Assembly: GCF_030684315.1 (NCBI RefSeq)
Contig: NC_081393.1
Location: 11,171,565 to 11,235,564 of the forward strand
Reading direction: 5' to 3'
From: Stegostoma tigrinum
Taxonomy: Eukaryota
Length of the DNA stretch: 64,000 nt
The notes under the pieces are model-generated. The model had not been told where the DNA came from and did not search any database. It was given only the letters and a program-made list of their open reading frames with translations. Positions 12,935 through 26,339 of this stretch are shown piece after piece. The stretch's first letter is position 1, and the number at the start of each line of letters is the position of its first letter. Position numbers and translations under genes: made by a program.

Positions 12935-14690
12935 CATAGAGTCGTACACAATGGAAGCAGACCCTTTGGCCCAGCTAGTCCATGCTGACCATGTTTCCAA
13001 ACTCAACTCATCCCACTTGTCTGCATTTGGCCCATAGTGCTCCAAACCTTTGCTGTTCATGTACTTATCCAAATGTCTTGTGGATATTCTAAATGTACCT
13101 GCATCTAACCTCTGGCAGGTAATTCCACACATCAACCACTCTGGATGTTTAAAAAAAATTGCCCCTCATGTCATTTTCAAAACTCTCTCCTCTCACTGTT
13201 TTTAAAAAAAAGCCCTGTAGTTTTGAATGCCCCCACCCTGTGGAAAAGACGCTTGCTATTTACCTGAGATGCTGCTGGGTCTGCTGTGTTCATCCAGCCT
13301 CACATTTCCTTATCTTGGATTCTCCAGCTTCTGCAGTTCCCATTATCTCTGCTATTTACCTTTGCTATGCGCCTCACAATGCTGTGATCCTTAAGAGGAT
13401 CATCTCTCAGCTTCCTATGCTTCAGTGAAACAAGCCCCATTCTACTTTTGTAATTCAAACCGTTCATTCAGGCAACATCCTGAGAAATATTTTCTGAACC
13501 ATCTCCAATTTAATAGTATCCTTCCTGTAGGAGGGTGACCAGAACTGTACACAATAGTCCAAAAGTGGCTGTCACTTGCATTGTGCTGCAAGGATTGGTT
13601 GTAGTGACCTCGACCAATGGTTTGGAATTGAATGTGGGAGGAACGGTTAGTAATTTTGCACGTGATACCATAGTTAATGGTGTAGTGTACTGTGAAGAAG
13701 ATTATTTCCAAGTACAATGGGACCTTGATCTGATGGACCGAGGAGTGACAGATGGTGTTTAATTGAGATAAATGAATCAAATCAAGGCAGGATTTATACA
13801 CTTAATGATTCTGTGACGTGTTGCTGAATGCAGAGATCTTGGGTGCAGGTTCATACTTTCTTGAAGATGGAATCACAGGTGTACAGGGTAGTGAATAAGG
13901 TGTACCGTACATTTGCCTTTATTGAGTAGTGCATTGTGTAGCAGCAGGGAGGTCATAGCGTGGCTGTACAGGACATGGATGAGGACACTTGTGGAATATT
14001 GCATTCAATTCTGGTCTCCCTGCTGTTGGAAAGATGTTGTTAAACTTGAAAGGATACAGTAAAGCATATTGCTGGGATTGCAGGGTTTGAGCTATAGTGA
14101 AATGCTGAATAGGCTGAGGCAATTGTTCATGGAATGTCAGAGGCTGAGGGATGGCCTGATACATGTATATAAAATCATGACGGGCATGGATAGGTTGAAT
14201 AGCCAAGGTCTTTTCCCCAGGGAGGAAGAGTTCAAAACTAGAGGGTATAGGTTTAACATGAGAGGGGAAAGATTTAAAAGGGACTGAAGGGGCAACGTTT
14301 TGATGCAGAAGGTGGTGCGTGTATGGAATGAGCTGCCAAAGGAAGTGCTGGAGGCTGGTACAATGACAGCATGTAAAACGCAGATGGATTGGTATGTGAA
14401 TCGGAATGGTTAAGATGGATATGAGCCAAATGCTAGCAAATGGGGTTAGATTAATTTAGGATATCTGGTCAGCATGGATGAGTTACACTGAAGGGTCTGT
14501 TTCCCTGGGATACAACTCCATGACTGTGACTCTAAGAGGCCTCAATCACATCTTGTACAACCTCGACATGATGTCCCCACTCCTACGCTCAAAGATCTAA
14601 GCATGCTAAACACCACCTTAACCACACTGTACTTGTGATGCAAATTTCAAAGAATTCTGTGCTGGAACCCCTTGGTCTCTCTATTCGACA
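12935..14690. mobile_element. Nested CR1 LINEs: plus-strand copy (~13580-14530) inside a minus-strand copy, with a PLE mini-insert at 13254-13361
   Basis: The minus-strand CR1 breaks at ~13575 and resumes at ~14537; the plus copy shows RT-region remnants and a 3' end; the mini-insert is flanked by the direct repeat tgctatttacct. Confidence 0.7.
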
Positions 14691-16837
14691 AAACATTAGG
14701 CTTATTTGGCTTGGTGGTGTGTTTAGGATGCAGATACTGGGTCCAAATCCCACGTCAGCTGAGGTTGCCATGAACGGCCCAACACGACCTCTGCCTTCTC
14801 CTGAGGCAGGTTAAACTCCCCGCCGGTCACCTCTCTTTAATGAGAGCAGCCCTTTGGGTCTTCTGAGATCTTTTACCTTCAAAGAATTGAGGAAAAGGCC
14901 TCCAACTCGAGCACTGCAAACATCGTGACCTTATTTCCTGAAGTTCCTCGATAATTAGGCAATGTTTTGCATGCAGAAAAATGTGACCTCTTGTGAAACC
15001 AGAGGAAGCACATGTCCTCAGCAAATTACTCACAATCGTTTCAAAACATGTGAAGCAATGTGCGTTCTTATGACATTCAGTGTAAGCAAAGTTGAAAAGT
15101 GCCTCCCTGAAATGCTTGAGATAAAGACACTGTATACTTTTGGTAGGTTATGCATCCTTTGCATGAAGTGGATTGTCTAAATCTGACAAGTGGTTTGGGC
15201 TATCAATTGTATTGATGAAACATTGTTTTCAACTTGTATACCAATTACATTGCAGTTACAGGATCAATTGTTCTGCATTGAAGCTAGTAACAGTTTTGGT
15301 GGCACAATTTGGCTGAATTGGAGGAAATTTAGGCTAAATCAAATATCTACAACTCGAGTAATCCTTTTATTCTGCCCTTTTGACTGTTGAAGTCAAGCAA
15401 ATGAGCAGCTGAGCCTTGGAGAACAGGAAAGCCTGATACATCTTTGGTTTTTGCAGAGTTGCCTGATTTTAGTGGTTGTTGGTGGATAAGAACAGATATT
15501 GGGTAAGGATTTCTTTGAGATCAAATGTAACAGTCTTACGTTCTTTGCCAATACTTGCTAAGAGCCACTTGTGCAAGCTATCACAGCAATCACAAGTGTA
15601 TGTCATTGCCTTGAGGAAGGGAGAAAAATAAATGAAGAATTGAATGTTTCTTGAGATATTGGGTTGCACTATGTTGAGTGTTTATTCAGAGTTCTGCAGA
15701 GGTGTACACAGCCTGTTTGAGTTGGTGCTCCTAGTAACATCATCAGAACTGAAGAACTTGGAGCAAGAGTTGATAGTTCAGCCCCTGGAGTGTGCTGCAA
15801 GAAGTGCAATCATGTTTGATCTCATCGCAGCCTCAATTTCACTTTACTGTCCACTCTCCATCACCCTTTCTCCCATTGCTAATAGTCTGATTTTCAATCT
15901 CCTCCTTTCAGTTTAGTCCATGTCCCAGCATCCACTGCACTTGGGTTGTGAATTCTACAGATTGACCTTTGAGAGAAGTAATTTCCAACCTGTGTTTTAA
16001 AACTGCAACTCCTTACAATTAAACCACAACCTCTGGTTCCATATTGCCTCATATCTTTTCTACGCCTGCTTTATTAATCCTCTTTAACATCATTTGTTCC
16101 TCAATTAGATCTCCACGCGTCCTCATAAACCCCAGAGAGTACATGATGCAGCGAGGAGAATCCAACCGCATCAAGTTCTGACAGCCTTAAAAATTTGGTC
16201 ATTATCCTCAGCTCTTAGCAAGTTAACCAAACTAATTTTGATGTGTTTTGTGCTGGTGACTTGTAAATGCTGCCATTCATTAAGTGCAGGTGCACCAACA
16301 ATATTATTACAGAGAGGGTTCCAGGGTTCTGACGCAATGCTGAAAGAACATTTTCAGGTCAACTTGAGTGTATCGTGGAGGGGAACGTGAAAGTATTGGT
16401 GTTGCACAATATCTGCTTTTACTCAGTCGCTTAACACTTCAGTTTTTTCCAAGTGCATCATGGTTTAAAATCCTTTGTGAGATAATTTTTCCATTCCACT
16501 GGGATATTTTGCAAGAGCCTTTCCTCTAGTTCTCCCTTTCCATGATTCAGATTTCATATTCCTTTGACCTCTGATAAATACCTGTGCCTTCATCTTCTCA
16601 GGGACCAAACTCTGCAATTCATTGAATCAAATTCCACCAAATGTGTGGTGGTATTTGAATCCGTGTCTCCAAAGCCTGGGCTCCAGATCTGTCATTCAGT
16701 AAGTTAACACTCGCTCTTGAGTTTTACTAAAAGTGAAATGGAAAGAAACTGGTGGTATTCTGCGACGTAAGAAGTCATGGTTAATTAAGTTCTACCCTGG
16801 CCTTCAGAGTATTCAAGTCAACACATTAGTAAAAACG

Positions 16838-17007
16838 AGATAACACGGTGTGAAGCTGGATGAACACAGCAGGCCAAGCAGCATCAGTGGAGCAGGAACG
16901 TTTGACGTTTCGGGTCGAGACTCTTCTTCAGAATGCATTTCTGTGTTCATCCAGCTTCACACAGTGTTATCTCAGATTGTCCAGCATCGGCAGTTCTTGC
17001 TATATCT
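16838..17007. mobile_element. Penelope-derived mini element with hammerhead motif, partly inverted
   Basis: Minus strand 16904-16931 reads ctgaagaagagtctcgacccgaaacgtc. Confidence 0.72.
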
Positions 17008-17445
17008 GTAACGTGAGAAAAAATGCTGCTGCAAAGTAACTTTTTGTTCATTAATGAATGAAGATGTCATCTCCTATGTTGCTGCAGTGGTTCCTGTAGA
17101 TGGGCCCATGGCTGTATTTGAGTTTGACTATCAATTAAACTGCAAAGCTGAAAGAAATGCTTTGTTCTTTTATTTTCAGCAAATGCATCTCTTTATGTGC
17201 AGGTGGCTAACTAATATAATGTTAATAGTTTTAACATTATTTTAAGAAAATGTTTACATCCCTAAAATATACTTCGGGTTTGCCAATTTTCCTGGAGAAA
17301 AACTACTGCCCTGTTAAACCATAGAATGCAGCTGTTGCCCCTTTTTTTTCTGAAATAGACTTGAACATGACAAAATTGTTGATGTGTTTGGCATGAATTG
17401 TTATTTGATCCTAATTTTTGCCAAGTTTACTGTTTCTCTTTTCAG

Positions 17446-17614
17446 TGAATCCGTGACTCATGTTGTGTCTGAGAATAACTCTGGTGATGAGGTGTTAGAA
17501 TTGCTGGATAAACAGAGTGGAATTTGCAGAGCGGCTTTGGTAGATATCACATGGTTTACTGAAAGTATGGGAGCAGGCAAACCCTTGGAAGTAGAAAATC
17601 GTCATCGGCTTCAG
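17446..17614 (+). CDS. POLM: DNA polymerase mu, coding exon 2 (BRCT)
   Basis: ttcag|T-ESVTHVVSENNSGDEVLE...DITWFTESMGAGKPLEVENRHRLQ|gtattt; phase compatible with exon 1. Confidence 0.93.
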
Positions 17615-18999
17615 GTATTTTGATACAGATCTGAATAGTGAGCACCTCTTGACAAATGAGTGTGAAACACACATAAAGAAAAGTCTCAGGAAATACTTGC
17701 AAATGAAGTGAGTCTTCATCGATGATGTCTTGTGGTTGTTTTATGCACAGTTTAGTTTGCTAAAATTCAAGATTTATTGTTTCCCTTACACTTATAGGGA
17801 GAGAGATCCTTTTTACGAAGAAACGTGTTGCGTTATGAAATGACCGTATGAGTCAGAAGTAGGACTATACAATGTCCACTGGGTCTGCTCTGCCATTGAG
17901 TAAAATCATGGTGATCTAATTGTGGCATTCACTCCACTTTTTTGCTTCTTTCTAACATCTTTGGACTTCCTTCAGTTCAAAAATCAATCTGACTCAGCCT
18001 TGAGTAGTCTGTGAAGCAGCCTCCACGACTGTCTGGGCAAGTGAATTTCAAAGTGGAGTAACCCTCTACACTACACAGCAGCTGTGACCTCAGCCACATC
18101 CTGTGTACTTGGGGCAAGATTTTCCCTCCTTTCATACTCCATCCTCCCTGCACCACGGACCAATCTTCAATTTCCGTTCCCGATGACATGCTGTTAGCTG
18201 CATGCTCATTCACAAAGCTTCCAAACTGTGATTGAAAAGTGTAAATAGATAACATAGAGACACAGAAAATAGGAGCAGGAGGAAGCTCCTGACACCCTTT
18301 ACCAATCAGTATGGTCATGGCTGATCCTCTGTGTCACTGTCACCCTCACCTTCTATCCCCACACTATGTGATTGGCTGGAAATGTATGTGTTTCCTTGCT
18401 GGACATTTTCAGTGACTTGATCTTGACAGCCTTCTGTGATGGAGATTCCCACAAGTTCATTGTCCTATGAATGAAGGAAGTTTTCCTCACCTTGGTCCTA
18501 AAGAGTCCACTGTGAATCCTGTGACAATGAGCCCTCGTTCTGGACTCTTACTGTCCCCGCTTCTACAAGCATTTCAAATATCGTTGGCTGAAACAGAATG
18601 TTTTTGGTCGGGGAATGATGTGATCATGAGAAAATCGAGCAACAGTTTTTGTACCTTGACACAAAACAAGGGTCAGAGATTTTGACGGGGATGGGGGGGT
18701 GGGTGAAGGGCTCAGTTGCTCAGAAACAGACAAATGACAGCTTCTGTGAGAAGCAGAGCAAAAGTCACTTTTTTTTCACGAAATGCATGTGATGTAGTTG
18801 AATCTTAACCGTCCGCTGAACAATTGGGGATGGGCAATATATGCTGGTTGGTCAGCAAGATGCTCCCCTCCCATGATTGAAGAACACACTATGCTGGTGG
18901 GATCTGGTTCTCTGCTTGAAGAAACAGGAGTTGTGAAGCTTTACCGAACCAATATTGAATGAGACAGAAAGCAGGAAACCAAGGGCTGGTTCATTGAAC

Positions 19000-20930
19000 A
19001 TGTGTTGTAGGGACTATGTAGCTAGTTACAATTAAAGAAGTTCCAAATATTTGGGCATGCTCAGCATGGTTTTGTGAGAAGGACATCTGTTAGACTGATG
19101 TATAAGAGCTTTTTCAACGATAAGATATGCTTTGGATAAAGGGGAACTGGTAGATCTACTGTACATGTAGATTTCCAGAAGGCATTTCACAAGATAATGC
19201 ATGAAAACTTATTGTGGAAAGTGAAAGCACATGGTGTGAGAGGTCATATGTCGATATGGTAGATGAGTTGCTGGTTCACAGGAAGTACTAAGCGCAAATA
19301 GATCTTTTCGGTTGCCAAGATGTCCTGAGAGGTATGCTATGGTGCTCAGTGCAAGGACTTCAGTTTACAACTTATAGAAATTACTTGGATGAAGGGACAA
19401 AATGGAGCGTTACTAAATTTGCTGACCACACAAAGATATGTCAGGACATTGCTTGTGAAAAGGACATAGGAAGGTTAAAGATTGTTCAGGACCAGACCAA
19501 ATGCCCTTCAAATAGCTCAAGGAGATAGACTAGACCCTAACTTTTATCCTATTTAAAGGCAAGTTTCAGGTGCTGTGTTCCATATGTAATTTGATTGCTC
19601 ATACTGCTCACCTTTAAGCAAAACACACTTTTATTCTTATCCCAGTTAAAATGCAAGCAAAAGAAAGAATTGGGTATACCTTGAACTCTATTGGAAAACT
19701 TAACAGAACGATCGATTAATTAACTCCTGAACAGCAACTCTTCAGAGATGGTAGCATTCTGATAAACCTCGACAAAGGCAAATTCAGTGAAATAGATTGT
19801 CTGAAATGTGATGTTTCTCCAGTCCAGGAGACAGAAACGTGAAAATAAAATTCTGGCAGAGAGAGAATTCTAGCTTTTTGCTGTGGCAGAGAGACGCGTG
19901 CACCTACAACAGGTTTGAAGCCAATGTCAAACCCTCAACAACTGAAAGATAAATTAAAACCCTGATTTTGTGGGACCTTACTCAACCCATTCACGCTACT
20001 TGTATTGTTCTAATTTCAAAAAAAAACCCAGGGCTTCATAAGCTGTTTACTTTATTGGCTTGGAAGAGATAGCTCAATGCTTCTGTCTCAACCTCTCTCT
20101 GTTTTTAAAAAAACACAGGAAAACATACACCTCTTATAGGCATAGTATTGTCACAAGATATTGACAGTTTACGTGGGTGGGCAGAAAAGTGTGAAAATGT
20201 GAATTTGTCCATTTTGGCAGGAAGGCTAAGAAGAGGTGTGTTATCGAAATAATTAGATATAGCAGAGCTCTGAAAAACAGAGAATCTGGCAGTAAAAATG
20301 CATGATTCAAAAAAGGTTGGTATGAATGTTCAGCAAGTAACTAGAAACCTAATGGAATGTCATCGTTTCATAAGGAGAACTAATTTTTAAAGTAGGAAGG
20401 TTTTCTTCAGCTGTACACTGGATTATTCACTTAAATAGACATCTGGTGTTTCTGTTTCTGGAGTGTTCTGCACAGGTTTGGCCACCATATTTAATGAAGG
20501 ATATCAATGCATTGGAGGCAGTTAAGAGAAGGTTTACTGAACTAATACCTGGAATGAGTGGATTGTCTCAAGGAGAAAAGTCGGACAGTCTTGTCCAGCA
20601 TTCGCAGAAATTTGGACTTGATTGAAATATGTCAAATCTTGATCGGTTTTGACAGGAAATGTGTGGAGAGGATGTTTACTCTTGTGAGAATTGAGGACTA
20701 GCAAGCACTTCAAAACTCAGGGATTGCCCATTTAAAGCAGAGATCCTTTCTCTTGAAAAGCTGGTGTAAGCAAAGTGATTCTTTTTAGAACAGAGTTAGA
20801 TAGATTCTTGTAAATGTGGATGGTTATTGGGGGAGGTGGGAACTTGGATTTTAATTTTCAGTCACATCTGCCATGATTCTAGTGCATGGCCAAACAGTTT
20901 GGAGGGTCTGAATCATCACATCTTGCTCAT
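19000..20930 (+). mobile_element. Decayed CR1 LINE (RT region to 3' end), interrupted by a solo LTR
   Basis: KFADHTKI RT-motif remnant, gatttccagaaggcattt, CR1 tail. Confidence 0.7.
19483..20155 (-). mobile_element. Solo LTR (673 bp)
   Basis: TGT...ACA termini, 4-bp TSD agat (19479-19482 and 20156-20159), minus-strand AATAAA (~19630); the CR1 sequence resumes seamlessly across it. Confidence 0.7.
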
Positions 20931-21878
20931 TCATCGTATCTCTCTGTGTGAAATCCAGAGTGAGCTTTCTTGCTGTAAATTGGTTCAGGAATACGCAGAA
21001 GACTGAGTGAAATAGCTTTTAAAGGATATTGGAATATGAGTCCCAGCATGGCAGGGATTCTCCTGAAAATTTAGGAGGAGCTGAGGCTGCGCTGTGGGTG
21101 GGAATGGGGTTTGGGCCTGTGGGGGGAGATTGGTATATAGTACCAATATGTCACAAGGTCTTTTGGTTGGGTTCATTCATCGGGATGAACCTTTAGTTTA
21201 GTTTGGGGTATTAGTTGCCTGCTAAACAATTGGTAGCCATGTTGGATTTTTATCACAGTAGAAACCTTAACAGGTGAAACATTGTCCTGTGATATTTTGT
21301 TTAAGTCATTGGGAATTGAGTCTCTTAATATCCAGTGGGATTGTGACAGTAGTTGGCATGTGTTTCGTGAGGAACATAAAACAATTTATTGGGGACACAT
21401 TGCACTCGTTTGGGGAGTTTACGCACACATTGGTCATACCAAGTTTCGGACATGGTTAATATGAGTGGAGGTACTGTTGGAATCAAAGCAATTAAATAAA
21501 TAGTTTACCAATTCATAAAAATGTTAAACTTGCAGTTGTCCATTGAAGACCACCCTTCCCCAAAGGGTTTGCTGTTAACTGCAGTCAGGTGGGAAGAATG
21601 TCTGTTTGTTAGTCTTTCTGAGTTTTGAATAAGGCTGACAAATGAATCTTCAACAATGGTTTGAGGTATTGTGGTTACTTCAGAACAGAATGACTGACTT
21701 TAAAAAGGGTTTTAGTCTGTCATCAGAAGGATGTCACCTTCAATTTATTTCCATCACGCAGAAACGCTACTTAATTTGTCTAATATGATAAGTTTTTGGT
21801 GACTAAATGTAGAACAAAAAGTGTTACAGAGAGTGTCTGGAGCTGGTCAAAACACTGTCCTCTTGTGTTTGATTTTAG

Positions 21879-21977
21879 GTGAAGACAGCTGCTGATGGTG
21901 GCCCCATTGGCATTCCTATTTCACAGTACGCCTGTCAAAGAAGGACTACACTGGATAATAAAAATAGTTTATTTACG
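21879..21977 (+). CDS. POLM: DNA polymerase mu, coding exon 3
   Basis: tttag|VKTAADGGPIGIPISQYACQRRTTLDNKNSLFT|gtaata; conserved YACQR motif, 99 nt. Confidence 0.92.
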
Positions 21978-22563
21978 GTAATAATCATGGACAACTCCTT
22001 CACTGCCCCAAACCTCAAATATGTTGTATTGATTACTGTGAAGTAAGTTGAAACTCTTTGTCATGCCCAACCTCATGACTTCTGGCTAAACGAAAGCACA
22101 AATTGCTGAACAATCTCAACAGATTTGGTCAACGTCTGTGACGAGAGAAACAGTTCATATTTGAAGTCCAGTGACTCTTCTTCAGACCCCTGGCTGTACT
22201 AAGTGAGAGGCACATTGTTTCTGGTGGTTGCATTTCTTCACTACTTGACGACACTGTTAGAACGTGCATGTGTATATACAAGTCAGTTGAGTTGAGCTTT
22301 GCACCATGAATATAATGACTTGGACCATTCTGGACTCTGTTCAGAAGAGAAGAATGGCTGTTTCAGAAGGGTGTGGTGGGAGAAAGGAAAATTCCTGGCT
22401 CTCGGACCTTACTGTATGAGCGGCACAATAATAATTTTTAACGATACTGGAGATGAATTTGTCGTCTGTAAAGTTAAGGCAATTAGCCATGTTGAATTGT
22501 GTACTCTAAAAGAGATGCATCTGAGTGGATTGAGATTGGATGACCGATCATGTTTTTGCCTAG

Positions 22564-22734
22564 GAAGCTTTGAAGGTACTTGCCGAAAATGCACAGTTAT
22601 GTGAGAATGAAGGACGATACTTAGCATTCACAAGAGCATCTTCTATTCTGAAGTCATTGCCCTATAGTGTAACCAAAATAGATGATCTCCAAGGGATTCC
22701 CAGTCTTGGAGAACATTGCAAAAAAGTGATTCAG
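22564..22734 (+). CDS. POLM: DNA polymerase mu, coding exon 4 (8-kDa domain)
   Basis: cctag|EALKVLAENAQLCENEGRYLAFTRASSILKSLP...LGEHCKKVIQ|gtaaaa; EGR and GEH are Pol mu-type. Confidence 0.93.
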
Positions 22735-22882
22735 GTAAAAGCACGACAAATTGTTTTTCTGGTCTGGTTCTTCTGGCCAACCAGGACGTAGTTAGTTTTT
22801 CCAACGTGTTCGATTTATATGATTGATTTTGATGCAGCCCTTCAATTTAAATACATGAACATTTCTTTCCCCTTGGCTGCAG

Positions 22883-22954
22883 GACATCCTTGAAGATGGA
22901 ATCTGCAGGGAAGTTGAGGAGTTAATCCAAAATGAAAGATATCAAACATTAAAG
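22883..22954 (+). CDS. POLM: DNA polymerase mu, coding exon 5
   Basis: tgcag|DILEDGICREVEELIQNERYQTLK|gtgagt, 72 nt. Confidence 0.93.
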
Positions 22955-23639
22955 GTGAGTCTCACTTTTTCATATCCTCATGTCAGATGATGTTTGCTGA
23001 ATAAAAATCTCTCAGATGTGACGATTGAGCAAACAGCAGCTGTCTTGTGTTAGAACAATGGGAGCAAGACATCTCCAAGTGATCTCAGTCAGTTTGATAC
23101 AAACTCACTGACTATTCTCATTTTGATCTGAGCATTGGAGGTTCAGTTATTTATCATGTTGAAGGCTGAGTTGAAAAAGGTTTTGATTCAGAAGAAGGTG
23201 AATAGATAACCGGAGCCAGGCAGTCAGGAAAGCTGAGTTGAGGCCACCATCAGATGAGCCATGTACTTTATGAATGTCAGAGCAGATTGAATACAATCTC
23301 CTGCTTCATCTTTTTGTGTTTTTATGTTTCTTTTGTATGTGCAGTTTCCAATGTTGCAAAAGTGGTTACGTTTTCAGACATATATTTCCTTGGTTTAAAG
23401 AGAGTGTCCTGAGGTCACAAAAGGTGCAATATGTCAAAAGGGTGAGTTCAGTTTCAGTTCTGGCTGTGATCCTTCATGGATGTCTGCCTCCTTCCTTTTT
23501 CTCACTTCTTATGAAGTGGTGCCCATCAGTGTATAACCACTTGTCTCTCTAATAAAAAGAGATGCTTGGACTCCTTGATGGGCTATGGTAAAGTTCTTGG
23601 TTTACTTTATATTTGAAAAGAGCAACACACTGCACAGGA

Positions 23640-23733
23640 GGTAACAAGGTGCAGAGCTGGATGAATACAGCAGGCCAAGCAGCACCAGAGGAGCAGGAAA
23701 GCTGGCGTTTTGGGCCTAGATCCTTCTTCAGAA
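23640..23733 (-). mobile_element. Penelope-derived mini element (degenerate hammerhead)
   Basis: Same family as 29884-30065; minus strand tctgaagaaggatctaggcccaaaacgcc. Confidence 0.7.
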
Positions 23734-23831
23734 ATGAAAGAGCTGTCCAGGAGCTGTCCTGCTGCTTCTGTCCAGAAATGATAACTCTGTCTGGTTCCTA
23801 TGGTTTGTAAGTGTAGTTTCCGGTTTTGCAG

Positions 23832-23952
23832 CGATTTACCAGTATCTTTGGCGTTGGTGTGAAGACAGCTGATAAGTGGTACAGAGAGGGACTGCGAACT
23901 CTGCATGAACTGAGAGCATCAAAAATACTACTCACAAAAGAACAAGGAGCAG
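23832..23952 (+). CDS. POLM: DNA polymerase mu, coding exon 6 (fingers, HhH)
   Basis: tgcag|RFTSIFGVGVKTADKWYREGLRTLHELRASKILLTKEQGA-G|gtaatg; GVGVKTAxxWYREGLRTL is Pol mu-type. Confidence 0.94.
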
Positions 23953-25344
23953 GTAATGAAGTTGTGGACAAAACAATAATTTAACTTGTTGCCTTTTAAG
24001 TTGTTCACTTTTCTCAAGGTCGTGCATAATTGTTTCGTCTATCTGGTAAATTGTAACTGTGTTCCCAGCAAGAATCTGTTTCATCAGGACAGACAGGAGG
24101 GAAAAAAGGAATTGAATGCAAGTTGGGACATTTTACAGTCCATTTTACTGACATTTTCTAGAAGGTAAATTATGCGCTTGTGAACTCCGTGCAATTCTAG
24201 TATACTTTAAATTTACACTTGTGGTGCACTTCTCTTGCCTTTTCCTGAACTTGGCAACTTTTCTCTACATTTTTGGAATGAGTGACTTTTGCTTCAGTTT
24301 CGTTCAATAGATGCCAGCAGTGCTTTGTTAGAATGTGCCAAAATTCAGCCCAGTTATGAGAGTAAATTTGCTGCTCTTTTTGGAGAGCATTACAGGCAAA
24401 ATTGAGCCTGTGTGTAAATTATATTCACAAAGGTACACATTTGAATAGGACTGAGTTGATTGTCTCAGACTTTATAAAATACCTTTAGTCTGTTGGACTC
24501 TGCTAAATGCTTTTGATGGTGAAAATCCAAAATTGATCAAGAATTTTGAGAACATATTTCTCAATCTCAGCAAGATGGGGACTGAGTCTCAAAATCCCTA
24601 ACATTAACCGTAGGGTGTGGCATTACAGAATTACGTTGAAATGGCTGCAGCTCTCAAACCTTATAGTATGGAGAAGTTAGCTCAGATTCATGGGATTATA
24701 GGGTACAAACGCTGAAAGTCTGGATGAGGTTGCTGAAGTTGGGTGAAATGAACTAGAGGTTTTTGAGTTGAAGACAGGGATTTTACAATGTGTGTTCTTG
24801 GAAGTAAGTATTGAAGATAGAGGAAGGGAGAGTTTATAGTGACTTAACGGAGTGTCCCGACTTCAATCAGAATTGAGATTTGCAAATTGAGTATTGCTTG
24901 GAGTCAAAGCATGAATAAGTTTGGACCTCGTTAATTTGCATTCAGAGGCTTTTTGGAAAGGGCAGCACCAAAAAGTGCACTTTAATGGAACCTGTCACAC
25001 AGAAAAACACAGTCGTAATCAGGCTCCGATCAACACAGATAGTTTCATGTCCAGGAGAGCAACCTTGGATCAGTCGTCACATTTTTTCTGTCTCTTTAGC
25101 GATGTTCCATAGATAGTTAACAAAGATTGAAACTGAGCTGGAGCCAAAGCAAGTGATGGCTAAATAAGGTTAGATTGAGCAACGTGGTTATCGAAAGAGT
25201 GGACAGGCATGGATGGAGACACTGAGAGATTAAAGGAAGGGATGCAGTTCCAACCATACCAAATCATCCCGTGGCAAAGTGAGTTGTGGCATGAGAGGCT
25301 GGAAGTAAGCCGTGTAGATTTCACAGAAGGTGATAGGGCTGGAT

Positions 25345-25495
25345 GAGTGGAATCAGAATCCCTCCAGTGTGGAAGCAGGCCATTCGTCCCATGGAGTCAA
25401 CACTGTTCCTTTGAAGAACATCCCACCAGACTCTCACCCTGTAACCCTGCATTTTCCTCCGGCTTATCCACCTTGCCTGCACATCTCTGGACACG
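25345..25495 (-). mobile_element. HE1-like SINE 3' fragment
   Basis: agaatccctccagtgtggaagcaggccattcgtcccatggagtc, matching the tail of the other HE1 copies. Confidence 0.6.
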
Positions 25496-25834
25496 ACGAG
25501 GAAATTTATTTGGGCAATACGTTTCAACAAGAGGACTGAAAGTTTGGCTTTAGTATGGTAGGGGAATGGAAGAGTGAAATCAAAGTGGCTAAAAGGCACA
25601 TGGAAATATTATGCAATATTATTTTCATCCATTGAAGATGCCCTGCAATGTAGCTGTCACTTATGATGCTCCTAACTACCAATGTTTGTCAATAAGGAGT
25701 TGGAAAAAGGCTCTGGAGTGAAAACAAGAAATTCTATTTAAAAAAAACTTGATTTCAATAATATTTCAAAAATACTTGGAATCCCCTGCAAAGTATGTAC
25801 CTGTTTTTGAATAAAAGTTTCTTTTGTTTTACAG

Positions 25835-25967
25835 GCTTACTTTATTATGAAGACCTCATTGTCCCAGTAACAAGGACAGAGGCAGATTCAATCAGGAAAA
25901 TCGTTGAAGGAGCTGTACACAGATTTCTACCTGCTGCAGTTGTCAAGTTAACTGGTGGTTTTCGAAG
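25835..25967 (+). CDS. POLM: DNA polymerase mu, coding exon 7
   Basis: tacag|(G)LLYYEDLIVPVTRTEADSIRKIVEGAVHRFLPAAVVKLTGGFR-AG|gttaga; PolX TGGFRRG motif split by the intron. Confidence 0.94.
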
Positions 25968-26339
25968 GTTAGAGCACCAGTTTTCCATTTTATCATTTAG
26001 TTCTGAAAACTTAAGCTCATCTTTGTAAAAGCCTGAAACTACTGAGAAGAGTTAAGACAAAAGAATGTTGAAATTGTTGAGAAATCTAGGTGACAAGCCA
26101 AGGCTCTTAAAGCGGGATTGGAAACAAGGGAAGGGACAAGGTAAATTAGTAACGAGATTTCAGGTTTGTGAATTTTTTTTAAAGAGTAGTGGCATTGACA
26201 GATTTGAAAGACTTGTTATAATTATTTGTCCATCTGGAGCAAAATGGAAAATTTTTTTCTTTGGTTCAAAATTTTTGGCTGAAACTGGGCTTTAGCACGA
26301 GTACTTTAATTGCAAGTCAGACGTTATCCCACAAATTCA

